DNA from: Phaeosaccion multiseriatum
Lineage: Eukaryota > Protista > Ochrophyta, other classes
NCBI GenBank assembly: GCA_965112735.1
Contig: OZ218952.1
Location: 5,518,001 to 5,582,000, forward strand
Length of the DNA: 64,000 nucleotides
Direction of reading: 5' to 3'
The notes below the pieces were generated by a model. The model was not told the origin of the DNA. It searched no databases and was given only the letters and a program-made list of their open reading frames with translations. The translations under genes and the position numbers were made by a program. Below are positions 63,350-64,000 of the stretch, one piece after another (position 1 is the stretch's first letter; every line of letters starts with the position of its first letter).

Positions 63350-64000
63350 CTACATATCCGCCAATCGCCGCTGGGCTTCCAAGCAAACTTGTTCGACCTC
63401 ACGCAGTTGTGTTTTCAGCATTCCCTCGTCTTCTGGGTGGATCTGTATCCATCGGCGCTCAAAGTCCGCGTATCGAAAAGGTCGATTGTCGTTCTCAACG
63501 TACGCGGTTCCATTCTCCATAAAGCTGTAGCGCTTCTTGTCTGGAAACCCCCCATCATCTCCCTTGTTGTAGTTGAGTCGATGATAGTTGGCGCAATCCA
63601 AGGGCTCAACAAGAGTGCGGTAGTTGTTGGCCCTAGTCAACCATGTGATGTGAGGTGCGTCTGTCCAGGGAAATCGAATGCTTGCATTCCACCACCTCTC
63701 TTCGTCCAAAGGCGGGTTTCCCTTGAGAGCCCCGTCCCAAAATGCAGCCAATTCTCGGCGTGCCTCCTCAGCCTCGGTCTTCCTCTGGTCATTTTCCCCG
63801 AGGCGATACACATGAACGTGCCACGGCACCTCCGAGCCCTCTTCTGTCAAGGCGGACGCCTCCAAGGACTCCTTAATGGACCCTAGTCTGGCCAAATTTC
63901 TTGTCATCCTTTCCTCCTCCTTATTGCGCTTGTTCTTGTCGATGGTGCCCATGATGTACTCCAAGGTAAAAAAAGCAACCAACCATCTCCCACCTCCTCT
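63350..64000 (-). CDS. EDS1/PAD4/SAG101-like EP-domain protein (3' part; frame open at the window edge)
   Basis: Three ordered motifs RRELAAFWDGAL, WLTRANNYRTLVEPLDCANYHRL and YVENDNRPFRY match recalled EP-domain motifs (R.ELA.FWD; W....YRRLVEPLDIANYHR; Y....RP.RY). Confidence 0.8.
   Translation of the reverse strand, partial: RGGGRWLVAFFTLEYIMGTIDKNKRNKEEERMTRNLARLGSIKESLEASALTEEGSEVPWHVHVYRLGENDQRKTEAEEARRELAAFWDGALKGNPPLDEERWWNASIRFPWTDAPHITWLTRANNYRTLVEPLDCANYHRLNYNKGDDGGFPDKKRYSFMENGTAYVENDNRPFRYADFERRWIQIHPEDEGMLKTQLREVEQVCLEAQRRLADM

Noticed and set aside
1-64000. tRNA/rRNA genes, transposase or RAG-like recombinase
   Set aside because: None recognised by eye; any enzyme acting on the LRR arrays would be encoded elsewhere.

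Overview
Eukaryotic, intron-rich, GC-rich DNA with microsatellite-filled introns, most consistent with a photosynthetic stramenopile (ochrophyte alga): there are signal-peptide-led plastid-type presequences and brown-alga-type LRR-ROCO genes. About 1.6-42 kb holds mostly housekeeping genes: DUF3172, beta-carbonic anhydrase, an RBR E3 ligase, a transglutaminase-like protein, an apparent SET-DNMT2 fusion, WDR43/UTP5, a SOS1-like Na+/H+ antiporter, a YchJ-like protein, a JmjC protein and CHCHD2. The window opens with a TIR-domain exon. From 43 kb to the end is an immune-like cluster. Two LRR-ROC-COR-TIR genes have LRRs encoded by in-frame, phase-1 cassette exons separated by mostly ~70-80-nt homologous introns carrying a conserved palindrome. 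A third decayed LRR locus and duplicated TMC/OSCA-like channel remnants are interleaved. At the right edge, an ORF has three ordered motifs matching the EDS1/PAD4 EP domain, which in seed plants receives TIR-made signal molecules. The main hypothesis is a TIR-to-EDS1-like immune module with shuffled LRR receptors outside land plants. All calls come from manual reading and remembered motifs; no searches were run.
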